From the IMG/VR virus record IMGVR_UViG_3300020045_006445, positions 1 to 58,563 of that record: a stretch of DNA of 58,563 nucleotides; one strand, given 5' to 3'. The notes below the pieces were generated by a model that searched no databases, was not told where the DNA came from, and saw nothing but the letters and a program-made list of their open reading frames with translations. This document shows positions 46,950-55,208 of this stretch, in pieces; the first letter of the stretch is position 1; every line of letters begins with the position of its first letter. The DNA is from a virus. Taxonomy: Duplodnaviria; Caudoviricetes. A program made the position numbers and the translations under genes.

Positions 46950-47160
46950 TAGATATCTAGTTACAGGATTTCCAAATCAAGTGGTTTTGCAATGGCAGAA
47001 TGACTATGCGTTAATGAGCAAAGGAGATTTCAAGGCGATTGAAAACGCGGCAATTGCAGACGAGGCAACTTGGGGCGCAGGAAACGTCTTTACCGAAAGT
47101 TTGGATTTGGTGGCGATTGGCCCTCGTGGAACCAAGCCACACGGAAATACGCCTTTATAA
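46942..47160 (+). CDS. Small hypothetical protein
   Basis: 72 aa ending IGPRGTKPHGNTPL. Confidence 0.55.
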   Translation: MINRYLVTGFPNQVVLQWQNDYALMSKGDFKAIENAAIADEATWGAGNVFTESLDLVAIGPRGTKPHGNTPL

Positions 47161-47603
47161 AACTGATTTCAAACAACAACCTTATAATCCTGCTGACAAT
47201 TTACGCGGCAGGATTATTTGTCATTGAGGCACTGGGTAGGTTATGGTACATCAAATCCTCGTCGTTGGTGGACGAGCTTTTTTATTTTGCGGTTGTTTGT
47301 GTGTTGGCAATAAGGAACGCCTATGAATCGACAGTTTGGGATAGAAAGATTTACAAGGTTATGCTTGGGGCTAATTTTGCCCTATCCGTTATCGGGATAT
47401 ACGATGCACTATGTGTTTGGGGCATCAAGAGCAGTTATTTGTTTATTGGCTATACGAATCAGGAGTTTGGCGAAGTGGAGCAACAGATAAGCCAATACAC
47501 GGGCTATATGTGCTGCAACTTCATTGTATGGATGATTGTCCTTACCCCTTTTTTCGCCTTGGCATTGGTGAAGGGAACGGATTATTTGCGTAGGACAAGT
47601 TAA
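47070..47603 (+). CDS. Multi-pass membrane protein (start uncertain)
   Basis: About four hydrophobic segments. Confidence 0.55.
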   Translation: MGRRKRLYRKFGFGGDWPSWNQATRKYAFIKLISNNNLIILLTIYAAGLFVIEALGRLWYIKSSSLVDELFYFAVVCVLAIRNAYESTVWDRKIYKVMLGANFALSVIGIYDALCVWGIKSSYLFIGYTNQEFGEVEQQISQYTGYMCCNFIVWMIVLTPFFALALVKGTDYLRRTS

Positions 47604-47726
47604 TTTATTACATTTGCATACCGAACCACCAAAAGGGATGCATACCTTGTTCGGACGCCACGCTTGTTGATTATATCGGCAATGCCCAAAAGACCCTAGC
47701 TCAATAGCTGTAATGGGTCTTTTTTT
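47586..47726 (+). ncRNA. Candidate small RNA (promoter, hairpin, terminator; no ORF)
   Basis: TTG 47586, TACATTTG 47609-47616, CCGAAC/GTTCGG stem, terminator AAAAGACCC...GGGTCTTTTTTT. Confidence 0.45.
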
Positions 47727-47821
47727 ATACAATAAACCACCCCAATTCAACGTTATCCACAGTTAAGTTGAGTTAATTCCCGCCACCAAGTCACCTACTG
47801 CTTGGTGGCGGTTTAATTTAT

Positions 47822-47892
47822 AAAAAAAACGCCCATTTCGAACTAATGGGCGTTTTAAATTGAGGGGAATCGTATTAACACAAGCAAATATA
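47822..47892 (-). ncRNA. Candidate minus-strand small RNA
   Basis: TATATTTG on minus strand (47885-47892); 12-bp stem 47826-47837/47845-47856 followed by a U-run on the minus strand. Confidence 0.35.
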
Positions 47893-47924
47893 ATGATTTT
47901 TATTAAACCTATTGTAACTAATTA

Positions 47925-48030
47925 ATTTATATTGGTTCTTAATAGGAAATTGCGTAGGTTTGTCATTCGCTACAACACTAACAATTTAAAGCCTCTCTTC
48001 TTGTAGCGAGTTGATGGGCTTATTTTTTAT
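47925..48030 (+). promoter_or_regulatory. Fur-like box promoter with interleaved-helix leader
   Basis: ATTTATATTGGTTCTTAAT 47925-47943, 11-bp gap, TAGGTTTG; TCGCTACAA 47967-47975 pairs with TTGTAGCGA 48001-48009. Confidence 0.6.
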
Positions 48031-48031
48031 T

Positions 48032-48394
48032 ATGAGCAAAGTAAAAGATTATTTTGGAGAAAAATTTTTGAGCGAATCAGAAAACATTAAACTCGATTTC
48101 ATTCACGCAGAAATGGAAAACAACTACGAAAAGGGTGCAATGACTTTGAATTGGCAATTGACAATCAATGTTGGACAAAACGATGAAAGCGGACACGTCG
48201 ATGCGTTGATTGTAAATTTTTCACACGCACAGTACCCAACACTTTTAGTTGAAGATGACAAAGAGCAAACGCCTGAATTTTCAATCATTCAATTGCCTAA
48301 CGGTTGGGATAAGCAAACAGTTGTTGATCTCGTCGCAAAATATCGCAAAGAAATCGAACTAGCGATTGATGAATTTGAACTGGAAGATATTTAG
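48032..48394 (+). CDS. Acidic hypothetical protein
   Basis: Likely start ATG 48032. Confidence 0.6.
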   Translation: MSKVKDYFGEKFLSESENIKLDFIHAEMENNYEKGAMTLNWQLTINVGQNDESGHVDALIVNFSHAQYPTLLVEDDKEQTPEFSIIQLPNGWDKQTVVDLVAKYRKEIELAIDEFELEDI

Positions 48395-48495
48395 AATAAT
48401 TCTAAACAAAATATATTGTATATTTGTTTTGCAAGACAGATTGTACGTCAATCTACGGGTCATACCCAAAAGCCGTTCTTACGAGCGGCTTTTTT
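48389..48495 (+). ncRNA. Candidate Fur-box-controlled small RNA (~65 nt)
   Basis: ATTTAGAATAATTCTAAAC 48389-48407, 11-bp gap, TATATTTG 48419-48426, two hairpins, terminator 48468-48495. Confidence 0.5.
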
Positions 48496-48562
48496 CTTTA
48501 CAATTTTTACCCCCGTTTCGCGTTATTTAATATCTTTGGCTTACTAATCAAACATTTACACT

Positions 48563-48787
48563 ATGACACTTAGCGATTCCGTAAAGCCTATATTGGCATT
48601 TACAATAGTAGTGCTTGCTTTTGCATACTTTTTTTTAACCACTTTTACAGGCGTTAAGCCAAACGATCAGATATTAATTGCTATTGTGGGAGTTATGGGA
48701 TTAGCTACCGGATACTATTTTGGTAATAGTTCGGGAAGCGCCAAAAAGGATGAAATTATACAAGCACAAGTTGATAATAAAAAATAA
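48563..48787 (+). CDS. Holin-like two-TM protein
   Basis: Two TM helices, GYYFGNSSGSAKKD; TATCTTTG promoter 48531. Confidence 0.6.
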   Translation: MTLSDSVKPILAFTIVVLAFAYFFLTTFTGVKPNDQILIAIVGVMGLATGYYFGNSSGSAKKDEIIQAQVDNKK

Positions 48788-48886
48788 TAACTTAAAACAG
48801 TAGAATATGAGAGATTTATTAGTTTGGGTTGTCATTGGCAATCCACAAGACCTAACAACCATTTAACCAATTAAAATCAAAACATA

Positions 48887-49075
48887 ATGAAAAACAACAA
48901 AACAACAATCGGAACAATCTTTACGGTTATCTCATTGATCCCACAGGCGATCCAATCGCTTAGCCTTGCAACAGTTCCGCAATGGTTGGTAACTACGGGT
49001 TTGGTGTGTGCCGCACTTTCTTTCATTTACGTTGGTGTGTCTGCACAGGACGCGCCTGAAACACCTGCGAAGTAA
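48887..49075 (+). CDS. Holin-like two-TM protein
   Basis: MKNNKTTIG...AQDA pattern of small phage holins. Confidence 0.55.
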   Translation: MKNNKTTIGTIFTVISLIPQAIQSLSLATVPQWLVTTGLVCAALSFIYVGVSAQDAPETPAK

Positions 49076-49254
49076 TGCGTAACCTTATACAAATTACCCG
49101 ACCAAAGCCCTCAAACGAGGCTGAAAAAAGAGCAGAGAAAGCCGTCATCGACACATTGGAAGCGGCAGGTTGGAATGTACGCATTGAGAACCAAAGCGGT
49201 ACATTGAAGTATGAAACGCCAAAAGCGAAAGAGGATGCAGAAACTAAGCAGTAA
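49075..49254 (+). CDS. Small hypothetical protein (59 aa, not in ORF track)
   Basis: ATG overlapping the previous stop. Confidence 0.45.
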   Translation: MRNLIQITRPKPSNEAEKRAEKAVIDTLEAAGWNVRIENQSGTLKYETPKAKEDAETKQ

Positions 49255-49456
49255 AGGTGAAAAAATGCTACAAGACTTGAAAGATTATTTCAAAAATACT
49301 CCTCGTGAGATTGTTTTGAGGCAGTGGGAAGAAACACGCGAAAGATGCAAAAATATAAAATCACCAACCGTTGATGATTTTTTTGAATCATTATCTTTAA
49401 ATTTTGATTGCACCGCCACAATAGTAAACCCAAATGGAACGGAAACGTCAGCATAG
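49235..49456 (+). CDS. Hypothetical protein
   Basis: LKDYF-NTPRE-V...W...PTVDDF motif. Confidence 0.55.
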   Translation: MQKLSSKGEKMLQDLKDYFKNTPREIVLRQWEETRERCKNIKSPTVDDFFESLSLNFDCTATIVNPNGTETSA

Positions 49457-49676
49457 CATAGCGCGAGAAAGCGTATTGAACGAAGCGGGAGGTATCGTAC
49501 TTTGCCTGTTCCTGTCCTTTATGTTTGTTTCGCTTGGCCTTATGTATGATTTGGCAAAGGAATACACATACGCCCTTAGAAAGCCTTACGAAACGGTAAT
49601 GTTTGGGATTGGCATTATATGCTTTATCGGAGCTATTATGTTTTGGTTTCGTATGCATCGGAAGTTGAATCCGTAG
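49434..49676 (+). CDS. Small two-TM membrane protein
   Basis: Two hydrophobic segments. Confidence 0.5.
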   Translation: MERKRQHSIARESVLNEAGGIVLCLFLSFMFVSLGLMYDLAKEYTYALRKPYETVMFGIGIICFIGAIMFWFRMHRKLNP

Positions 49677-49810
49677 TTTATAACCATTCTTAATAAATAA
49701 TGTTGTAGGTTTGTATTGTTCGGTCAGGAACATAACAAAATTTAGTTGAGTTGATATTCAACCTTTGAGAACAACCCTGACACCTGACCGTGTTGGGGTT
49801 TTCTCTTTTA
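49676..49810 (+). promoter_or_regulatory. Fur-like box promoter with interleaved-helix leader
   Basis: GTTTATAACCATTCTTAAT 49676-49694, 11-bp gap, TAGGTTTG; CGGTCAGG 49721-49728 pairs with loop CCTGACCG 49783-49790. Confidence 0.65.
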
Positions 49811-49822
49811 AAATTATTTATT

Positions 49823-49993
49823 ATGGGATGTGATATACACATGTTTACAGAAACAAAAAAATCAATCAACAGTATTGAAAAATGGGTTAATGTGGATGAT
49901 TTTAGACCAAATCCTATAACACCAAACCGCCATATTCCCCTTACTTTGCAATTTATTGGTTGTGGGTGCGTTACTAAGACAGAATTTGTTTAG
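49823..49993 (+). pseudogene. Probably truncated MGCDIH-family phage gene
   Basis: MGCDIHMFTE...KW-NVD N-terminus, then an apparently unrelated tail and stop after 56 aa. Confidence 0.4.
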
Positions 49994-50023
49994 ATTTGTC
50001 AAACGTTACCCCAAACACACCGC

Positions 50024-50362
50024 ATGGAGCATATTGAAGAAACCGAATCTAAATTATTTTTAGGGTTTATAAAAATGAGTGATCGGAATCGGATAATCGG
50101 TTATACGGTTGCCATTATGCTTTTTTCGGGTTATCTTTTAAATGAAGCGAGAAAAACGGTTATTGAAACTAAAGATCAATCTTACAGAGATTTAAAAACC
50201 CTTTACGACGAACGAGGCGTTGAGAATAAAGAGTTGAAGCAGGAAAATAAAAGTTTGATGATTGAAAATACAGCACTTAGACAGCCAGAGAATAAGTTGC
50301 TTGATTCCATTATAAAAATGAATATTGAACTGAAAGCTGAACTTAAAACGCAAAAAAAATGA
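50024..50362 (+). CDS. Membrane protein with coiled coil (lysis region)
   Basis: One TM helix plus heptad repeats; TAGATTTG at 49991. Confidence 0.6.
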   Translation: MEHIEETESKLFLGFIKMSDRNRIIGYTVAIMLFSGYLLNEARKTVIETKDQSYRDLKTLYDERGVENKELKQENKSLMIENTALRQPENKLLDSIIKMNIELKAELKTQKK

Positions 50363-50586
50363 GCAAAACTACTTTGATATTGCTAGCGTCCGTAATTATG
50401 CTTCTTTGCATAAGTGCCGAGCCGAAGCAAACGCCACTTATCAAAGGCTACACTTACCAAAATATTGATGATATGGATGTGGCCAGAAAAGAATACAATC
50501 GCGCAAAACAAACCAATGAACGCAAAAAAGAGCAGGCAGCATCTACGGCAGCCGAAAGAAACTTTGCATTGGTTAAAAACGATTGA
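50359..50586 (+). CDS. Small exported protein
   Basis: Signal-like N-terminus. Confidence 0.5.
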   Translation: MSKTTLILLASVIMLLCISAEPKQTPLIKGYTYQNIDDMDVARKEYNRAKQTNERKKEQAASTAAERNFALVKND

Positions 50587-50767
50587 TTATGACCCCACTA
50601 GACGAAGACGAAACCGAATTTTACGAATAGGATATGGAAAAGAGATTTTTAAGATCGTTGGAAAGCGCAAAGGCTTATGTGGATTCAAAAACGCCCGAAG
50701 AACTCGATGCGGTAATGAGCGACTTTGATGACATTGATGTTTATTATTATTTTGACTATCCAGACTT

Positions 50768-51220
50768 ATGAAACTAGACAAAGCAGGAGCAGAACTTATT
50801 ATGCAATTTGAGGGATTGCGTTTAAAGCCATATTTGGATAGCGTAAATGTGCCTACAATCGGGTATGGAACTACTTACTATCCGGACGGTCGAAAAGCAA
50901 CAATGCAGGATGCGACAATTTCGAAAGAACGCGCATTCGAACTGTTAACCGTTACCGCGAATAAATTTGCCTCAGGCGTTGCGAAACTTATTGCGCGGCC
51001 AGTCAATCAAAACCAATTTAATGCCCTTGTTTCGATTTCCTACAATATCGGCTTGGGCAACTTCAAAAAATCCACATTATTACGCAAGGTCAATTTCAAT
51101 CCCAACGATCCGGCAATTGCTTTGGAATTTGCCAAGTGGAATAAGGCAGGCGGCAAGGTTATTAAAGGCTTGACCAATAGACGCAAAATTGAAGCGGATT
51201 TGTATTTTGACGCATCGTAA
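50768..51220 (+). CDS. Endolysin, GH24 lysozyme
   Basis: FEGLRLKPYLDSVNVPTIGYGTT (E-x8-D-x5-T), QNQFNALVS-YNIG, STLLRK-N, GLTNRR-E. Confidence 0.95.
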   Translation: MKLDKAGAELIMQFEGLRLKPYLDSVNVPTIGYGTTYYPDGRKATMQDATISKERAFELLTVTANKFASGVAKLIARPVNQNQFNALVSISYNIGLGNFKKSTLLRKVNFNPNDPAIALEFAKWNKAGGKVIKGLTNRRKIEADLYFDAS

Positions 51221-51298
51221 TTTAGAATCATTCCAAAAGAACTATTCACTATTTTTGAATTGTAATTAACCGCCCTCAATTACGTTGGGGGCTTTTTT
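51220..51298 (+). promoter_or_regulatory. Fur-like box promoter with terminator-containing leader
   Basis: ATTTAGAATCATTCCAAAA 51220-51238, 11-bp gap, TATTTTTG 51250-51257; GTAATT/AATTAC crossing GCCCTCAAT/GTTGGGGGC plus T6. Confidence 0.65.
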
Positions 51299-51306
51299 GA
51301 TATTAT

Positions 51307-51708
51307 ATGGAAGCAAGAGAATTAAGAATAGGGAATTTGGTTTTTGGAATGGGATTGGTAAAACCTATATGCAAAGTGTCAAGACTTAACGATACGGGTA
51401 AATGCAGGCAGATAATAGCCATTTCAGATGATGGAGAAAGATTTGACTCCGACGAAGTTGACCCAATTCCAATAACGGAGGAATTGCTGTTGCGTTTTGG
51501 ATTCTATAAACCAGAGGGAAACAAACATCTTTATTCACACGAAACTTTGGACGTTGAAGTTCAGGTTCAAGGCAAAAGAGTGGCTGTATGTATTGTTGAC
51601 TACGAAAACCCTGCAACAACCCATTACATAATGCATACTGACAAAGTTCACACTTTTCAGAACGCTATTTTCGCCCTAACCGCCTCCGAACTCCAACTTA
51701 AAAAATAA
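51307..51708 (+). CDS. Conserved Bacteroidota phage protein (ELRIGN family)
   Basis: MEARELRIGNLV...PIPITEELLLRFGF...VHTFQNAIFALT--EL. Confidence 0.75.
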   Translation: MEARELRIGNLVFGMGLVKPICKVSRLNDTGKCRQIIAISDDGERFDSDEVDPIPITEELLLRFGFYKPEGNKHLYSHETLDVEVQVQGKRVAVCIVDYENPATTHYIMHTDKVHTFQNAIFALTASELQLKK

Positions 51709-51871
51709 CCCCGAAGGATATGACAGCGAAAGAATGGTTCTACAGCCTTGATTGGGGCGAACGAAATAGGCTATCATTAAAGCATAGAAACACTTATGCT
51801 TACGGTGTTTTTTCAGATCAGACCTTTGAAGAAATAATGAGTAAAGAAGTAAAAACCGAAATTGAAAAGAT

Positions 51872-52381
51872 ATGAAAGAGATTAGGTTTTCACCATTGCG
51901 TAGAATTAAAAAGACTGGAAAAATGACTGTTGCGTCTTATATGCAATGGCGAAAAGTAAAGGTTGCCGATTATTCGGAGTTCATTTTATCGTTGGGCGAC
52001 TTTTCACAACTTGACCCTAACGAACGCGTCCATAATCACAAAGGCGAATTGTTATTTTGGTATAATCACGAAAGTCCTGATTCGTTGAGAATGCTTACAA
52101 TTTTCGACATTAAAGAAAGTATGGATGAAAACGGTTTCGATTCATCGGTTGTTGATGGAGAGGAATATAAACTTCGGTCAATGGAAGACAGATTACATTG
52201 GAGTGTCAATGGGTTTGATTGCGATGCTGTTCCCGTATTCAGTCATTATACGCAAGATTACATTTCAACGCATTTTTGCAATAGCGTAAAAGAATTTGAA
52301 ATCTTGACCGTTGAAACTGTTTTAAAATGGTATTGGTGGTTTATATTTAATTTAAGAAACACAACCCTTAACTATAAATAA
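51872..52381 (+). CDS. Hypothetical protein
   Basis: ORF 169 aa. Confidence 0.6.
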   Translation: MKEIRFSPLRRIKKTGKMTVASYMQWRKVKVADYSEFILSLGDFSQLDPNERVHNHKGELLFWYNHESPDSLRMLTIFDIKESMDENGFDSSVVDGEEYKLRSMEDRLHWSVNGFDCDAVPVFSHYTQDYISTHFCNSVKEFEILTVETVLKWYWWFIFNLRNTTLNYK

Positions 52382-52531
52382 AATTAAAAATTATGGAAAC
52401 ATTATCACCCGATGCGCAGATAGTTGCTCTAGTCGGAATATTCATTTGTTTAGGAGTATTCATTTGGCAACTTTTTAAAACAATCCGAGAGCAATGAATA
52501 ACGACTACGAACCCACACCAAACCATTAACT

Positions 52532-52858
52532 ATGGAACAATCCCAACCAATAAGCAAAAGAATCTTCTGGTTCTTAATGATTGCGCTAGGCTTATCGCTT
52601 ACATTGAACTACTGCCAATGGAAGCACGGCCAAGAAACCGCATTTGCCGATGCTGGCAAAGCAGAACGAACCGAAGCGGCTGTACTCGAAACAAGGATTG
52701 ACAGCGCAAATACAGCAGCAGACACCAAATCAACCGCAAACATAAAGGCGGCAATCCAAACCAAAAAAACCAACAACGATGAAAAATACATTCCTGCTCC
52801 TGCTCGTGACTTTAAGTCCGCTGCTATCGCAATCACAGAAAGTGACATTTCCGAATGA
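52532..52858 (+). CDS. Membrane-anchored protein, possible spanin-like component
   Basis: N-terminal TM, Ala-rich helix, overlaps the next gene. Confidence 0.4.
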   Translation: MEQSQPISKRIFWFLMIALGLSLTLNYCQWKHGQETAFADAGKAERTEAAVLETRIDSANTAADTKSTANIKAAIQTKKTNNDEKYIPAPARDFKSAAIAITESDISE

Positions 52859-53189
52859 TACAACGGCTTGCTACGGGCAAAAAACTGTTTTGGCTATCAA
52901 TCGTGACCTGGACGCGGGAAAGTGGTTTAAAGACGCTTATTCTCGCAAAAAAGACACGGTTAATGTACTTGCCGACAAAATCATTAAGATTGAAACGGAA
53001 AACATTGAATTGCGCGCTTGGGTTAATTCAATCAGTACCCAACGCGACGCACTCATCGAATCAGCCCACAACGCAGAAACAAAAGAAGCGGTTAAGGTTG
53101 ACAGAAAGAAGTGGTATAACCGCAAATGGCCGTACTTGGTCTTGGGCGGTGCTGTTGGTGGGTATTGTGGATTTCAATTGGCGAGGTGA
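52779..53189 (+). CDS. Exported coiled-coil protein with C-terminal TM, possible spanin-like component
   Basis: Signal peptide, coiled coil, KKWYNRKW plus hydrophobic tail. Confidence 0.45.
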   Translation: MKNTFLLLLVTLSPLLSQSQKVTFPNDTTACYGQKTVLAINRDLDAGKWFKDAYSRKKDTVNVLADKIIKIETENIELRAWVNSISTQRDALIESAHNAETKEAVKVDRKKWYNRKWPYLVLGGAVGGYCGFQLAR

Positions 53190-53341
53190 TGAGAAAATTA
53201 TACAGCATACACCCGAAAAAGTTCTGGTTATCAATAAAACCCGCTAAAGATTGTTTCTTTGCTAGGCGAAATGGACGTATTGGAAAGTTAATTTTTGGCT
53301 ATTCTGTTTGCCTTAGAATGTTTAATATCGACATACTATAA
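53189..53341 (+). CDS. Small hypothetical protein
   Basis: ATG coupled to the previous stop (MRKLYSIHPK). Confidence 0.4.
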   Translation: MRKLYSIHPKKFWLSIKPAKDCFFARRNGRIGKLIFGYSVCLRMFNIDIL

Positions 53342-53471
53342 TGACCACAATAAAAATACACGCCCCGCAAAAGGCAACCGTCAACGATAAGACCTGCGAC
53401 AACCTGACCGACGAAGAACGGGCAGCAGTCTGGCAGTTCATTGACGACTGGCTGCGAATGTTTCCCAAACC

Positions 53472-53501
53472 AACCGCTTTGTAATTGAAGCGGTTTTTTT
53501 T
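53472..53501 (+). terminator. Intrinsic terminator ending the lysis region
   Basis: AACCGCTT...AAGCGGTTTTTTTT. Confidence 0.8.
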
Positions 53502-53515
53502 ATTGCCCAGTCGCT

Positions 53516-53598
53516 ATTTAGAACTTATATAAATAACATAGATTATTGTAAATTAATTTAGATTATTCTAGGTTAATCAAAATGTATGTGTATCTTTG
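53516..53598 (+). promoter_or_regulatory. Promoter of the early small-gene array, with upstream Fur-like half-matches
   Basis: ATTTAGAACTTATATAAAT 53516-53534, ATTTAGATTATTCTAG 53556-53571, TATCTTTG 53591-53598. Confidence 0.55.
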
Positions 53599-53626
53599 TA
53601 TGGTAATCAAATAACAAATAGGAATT

Positions 53627-54049
53627 ATGAAAAACAGAGACGGTTTAGAAAATAGTAATCATTGGGCTACACCTCCAGAAGTTTACGATCCATTAAATGA
53701 GGAATTTAATTTTGATTTCGACCCTTGTCCGTTGAATGGGGAACTTAAATTCGATGGTTTGTCAATTGAATGGGGAATGTCTAATTTTTGTAACCCGCCT
53801 TATGATCGCGTTAATAAACCTTTATTTATCAAAAAAGGATTCGAGGAATGGAAAAAAGGCAAAACAGTAGTATTCCTTATTCCTACAGCAACGGGTACTA
53901 AACAATTTCACGAACTCATGTTACCACACGCTGAAATAAGATTCGTTAAAGGTAGAATTTCGTTTCACGGATACAATACTAAAGGCAAATTTTCTACAAA
54001 GAACAAAGGAAAACACGATAGTATGATTGTAATCTTTAGAGGTAAATAA
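53627..54049 (+). CDS. dam: Phage DNA N6-adenine methyltransferase (Dam family)
   Basis: WATP, EFNFDFDPCP, DGL-IEW, NPPY, VVFLIP, IRFVKGRISF. Confidence 0.9.
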   Translation: MKNRDGLENSNHWATPPEVYDPLNEEFNFDFDPCPLNGELKFDGLSIEWGMSNFCNPPYDRVNKPLFIKKGFEEWKKGKTVVFLIPTATGTKQFHELMLPHAEIRFVKGRISFHGYNTKGKFSTKNKGKHDSMIVIFRGK

Positions 54050-54089
54050 TAATCAAATCAGGGGTGCGGCTGTACACGCGCTTTTAATC

Positions 54090-54272
54090 ATGCCAGCAAA
54101 AAAGAAAGCACCCGGGGAAAAAAAAGGCACAGTTGCCGCCCTAATCCAACAAAAGAAAATAGACGCGTTGACTTATGCCAAATGTCGGGAAATTGCAGAA
54201 GTTGCGATTGACAAGGCGTATGATGCAGCAGTTGCCGCCCACAAAACGCATTACTCACCACTAAAGAATTGA
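54090..54272 (+). CDS. Small basic protein, possible DNA-binding regulator
   Basis: MPAKKKAPGEKK start, 60 aa. Confidence 0.45.
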   Translation: MPAKKKAPGEKKGTVAALIQQKKIDALTYAKCREIAEVAIDKAYDAAVAAHKTHYSPLKN

Positions 54273-54273
54273 A

Positions 54274-54534
54274 ATGATGGAAAAGAAATATTCAAAAGAA
54301 CAGTTTGAAGGATATACTCACAGATTTATTGTGCGGCTTTCTGTAGATAATGATTGGCGAAATGATGTCAATTTGCACATTTACTCAAACTCAGATAGCC
54401 TTCAAGAACTAGAAGATTTTATCAACGAAAAAAAATCTGATAAAGTTATTGCGTTTAGGATTGAGCATAGAGCATCAAAAGAACAAGATGAATTGGCCAC
54501 TAAACTTATCGATGAAACTTTAAACGGATTTTAA
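54274..54534 (+). CDS. Hypothetical protein
   Basis: ORF in array. Confidence 0.6.
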   Translation: MMEKKYSKEQFEGYTHRFIVRLSVDNDWRNDVNLHIYSNSDSLQELEDFINEKKSDKVIAFRIEHRASKEQDELATKLIDETLNGF

Positions 54535-54549
54535 CCCAACCCAAACGAA

Positions 54550-55017
54550 ATGAAAACGACGAAAAAATTTAAAATAGGCGATCAGGTAAAAGTTTCAAAA
54601 CCTTACTCGAATGCGTCTGAATTTAGCCTTAAAGTCGAAGGTTCGGCTATAAATGGCATTTACGGACAAGAAAACTGGGCTGATAAAGTATTTTTTGTAA
54701 TGGGCAAATACAAACTGTGTAAGTTCGACCACAATCCAAATATTTTTGGCGCATATCCAGTTGGTGACGGTGAAAAAATCTTAGGTTATGTCTATAACGA
54801 TGCGTTGGATACTTGGCACCACCACTTAGCGGATTTCGAAAAAATGCGGTCGGCTTTGGAACAAATCGAACAATGGAAAACACCAGAAACGGGTAAGTTT
54901 TGGGATGCAGAAAAAACCCAGCCGACAAGTTATGAAGTAGAATATGGGTCAAATGGTGTTCGGGATTACTTTAGGAGTTTAGCCAAAAACGCTTTAACGC
55001 CTTCGGGTGAAAAATAA
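54550..55017 (+). CDS. Hypothetical mosaic protein (slot 1B)
   Basis: Shares MKT start, HLADF-KMRSALE and LTPSGEK with 6889-7233. Confidence 0.7.
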   Translation: MKTTKKFKIGDQVKVSKPYSNASEFSLKVEGSAINGIYGQENWADKVFFVMGKYKLCKFDHNPNIFGAYPVGDGEKILGYVYNDALDTWHHHLADFEKMRSALEQIEQWKTPETGKFWDAEKTQPTSYEVEYGSNGVRDYFRSLAKNALTPSGEK

Positions 55018-55022
55018 TTGAT

Positions 55023-55178
55023 ATGAGCACAAAACGAAAAAAGAAAAAAAGAAAGCCATCCGTTAAAATTAATAAAACCATCAATAAACTTGGGTGGGGT
55101 CAAGTTTCAAAAAACTACTCAACTATTAGGAATATTGAAAGAATAAACGATGAGTTGAGGGATTCACACCAACAATAA
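55023..55178 (+). CDS. Small basic protein (slot 2B, 51 aa, not in ORF track)
   Basis: MSTKRKKKKRK...DSHQQ*, ending in anchor L2. Confidence 0.55.
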   Translation: MSTKRKKKKRKPSVKINKTINKLGWGQVSKNYSTIRNIERINDELRDSHQQ

Positions 55179-55208
55179 CCCTCTCGAAAATAACTTAAAT
55201 TTATAATT

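Noticed and set aside
48441-48450. sRNA loop (GTACGTC) as antisense partner of the 16848 leader (GTCGTAC)
   Set aside because: Only 6 of 7 positions are complementary; too short to distinguish from chance.
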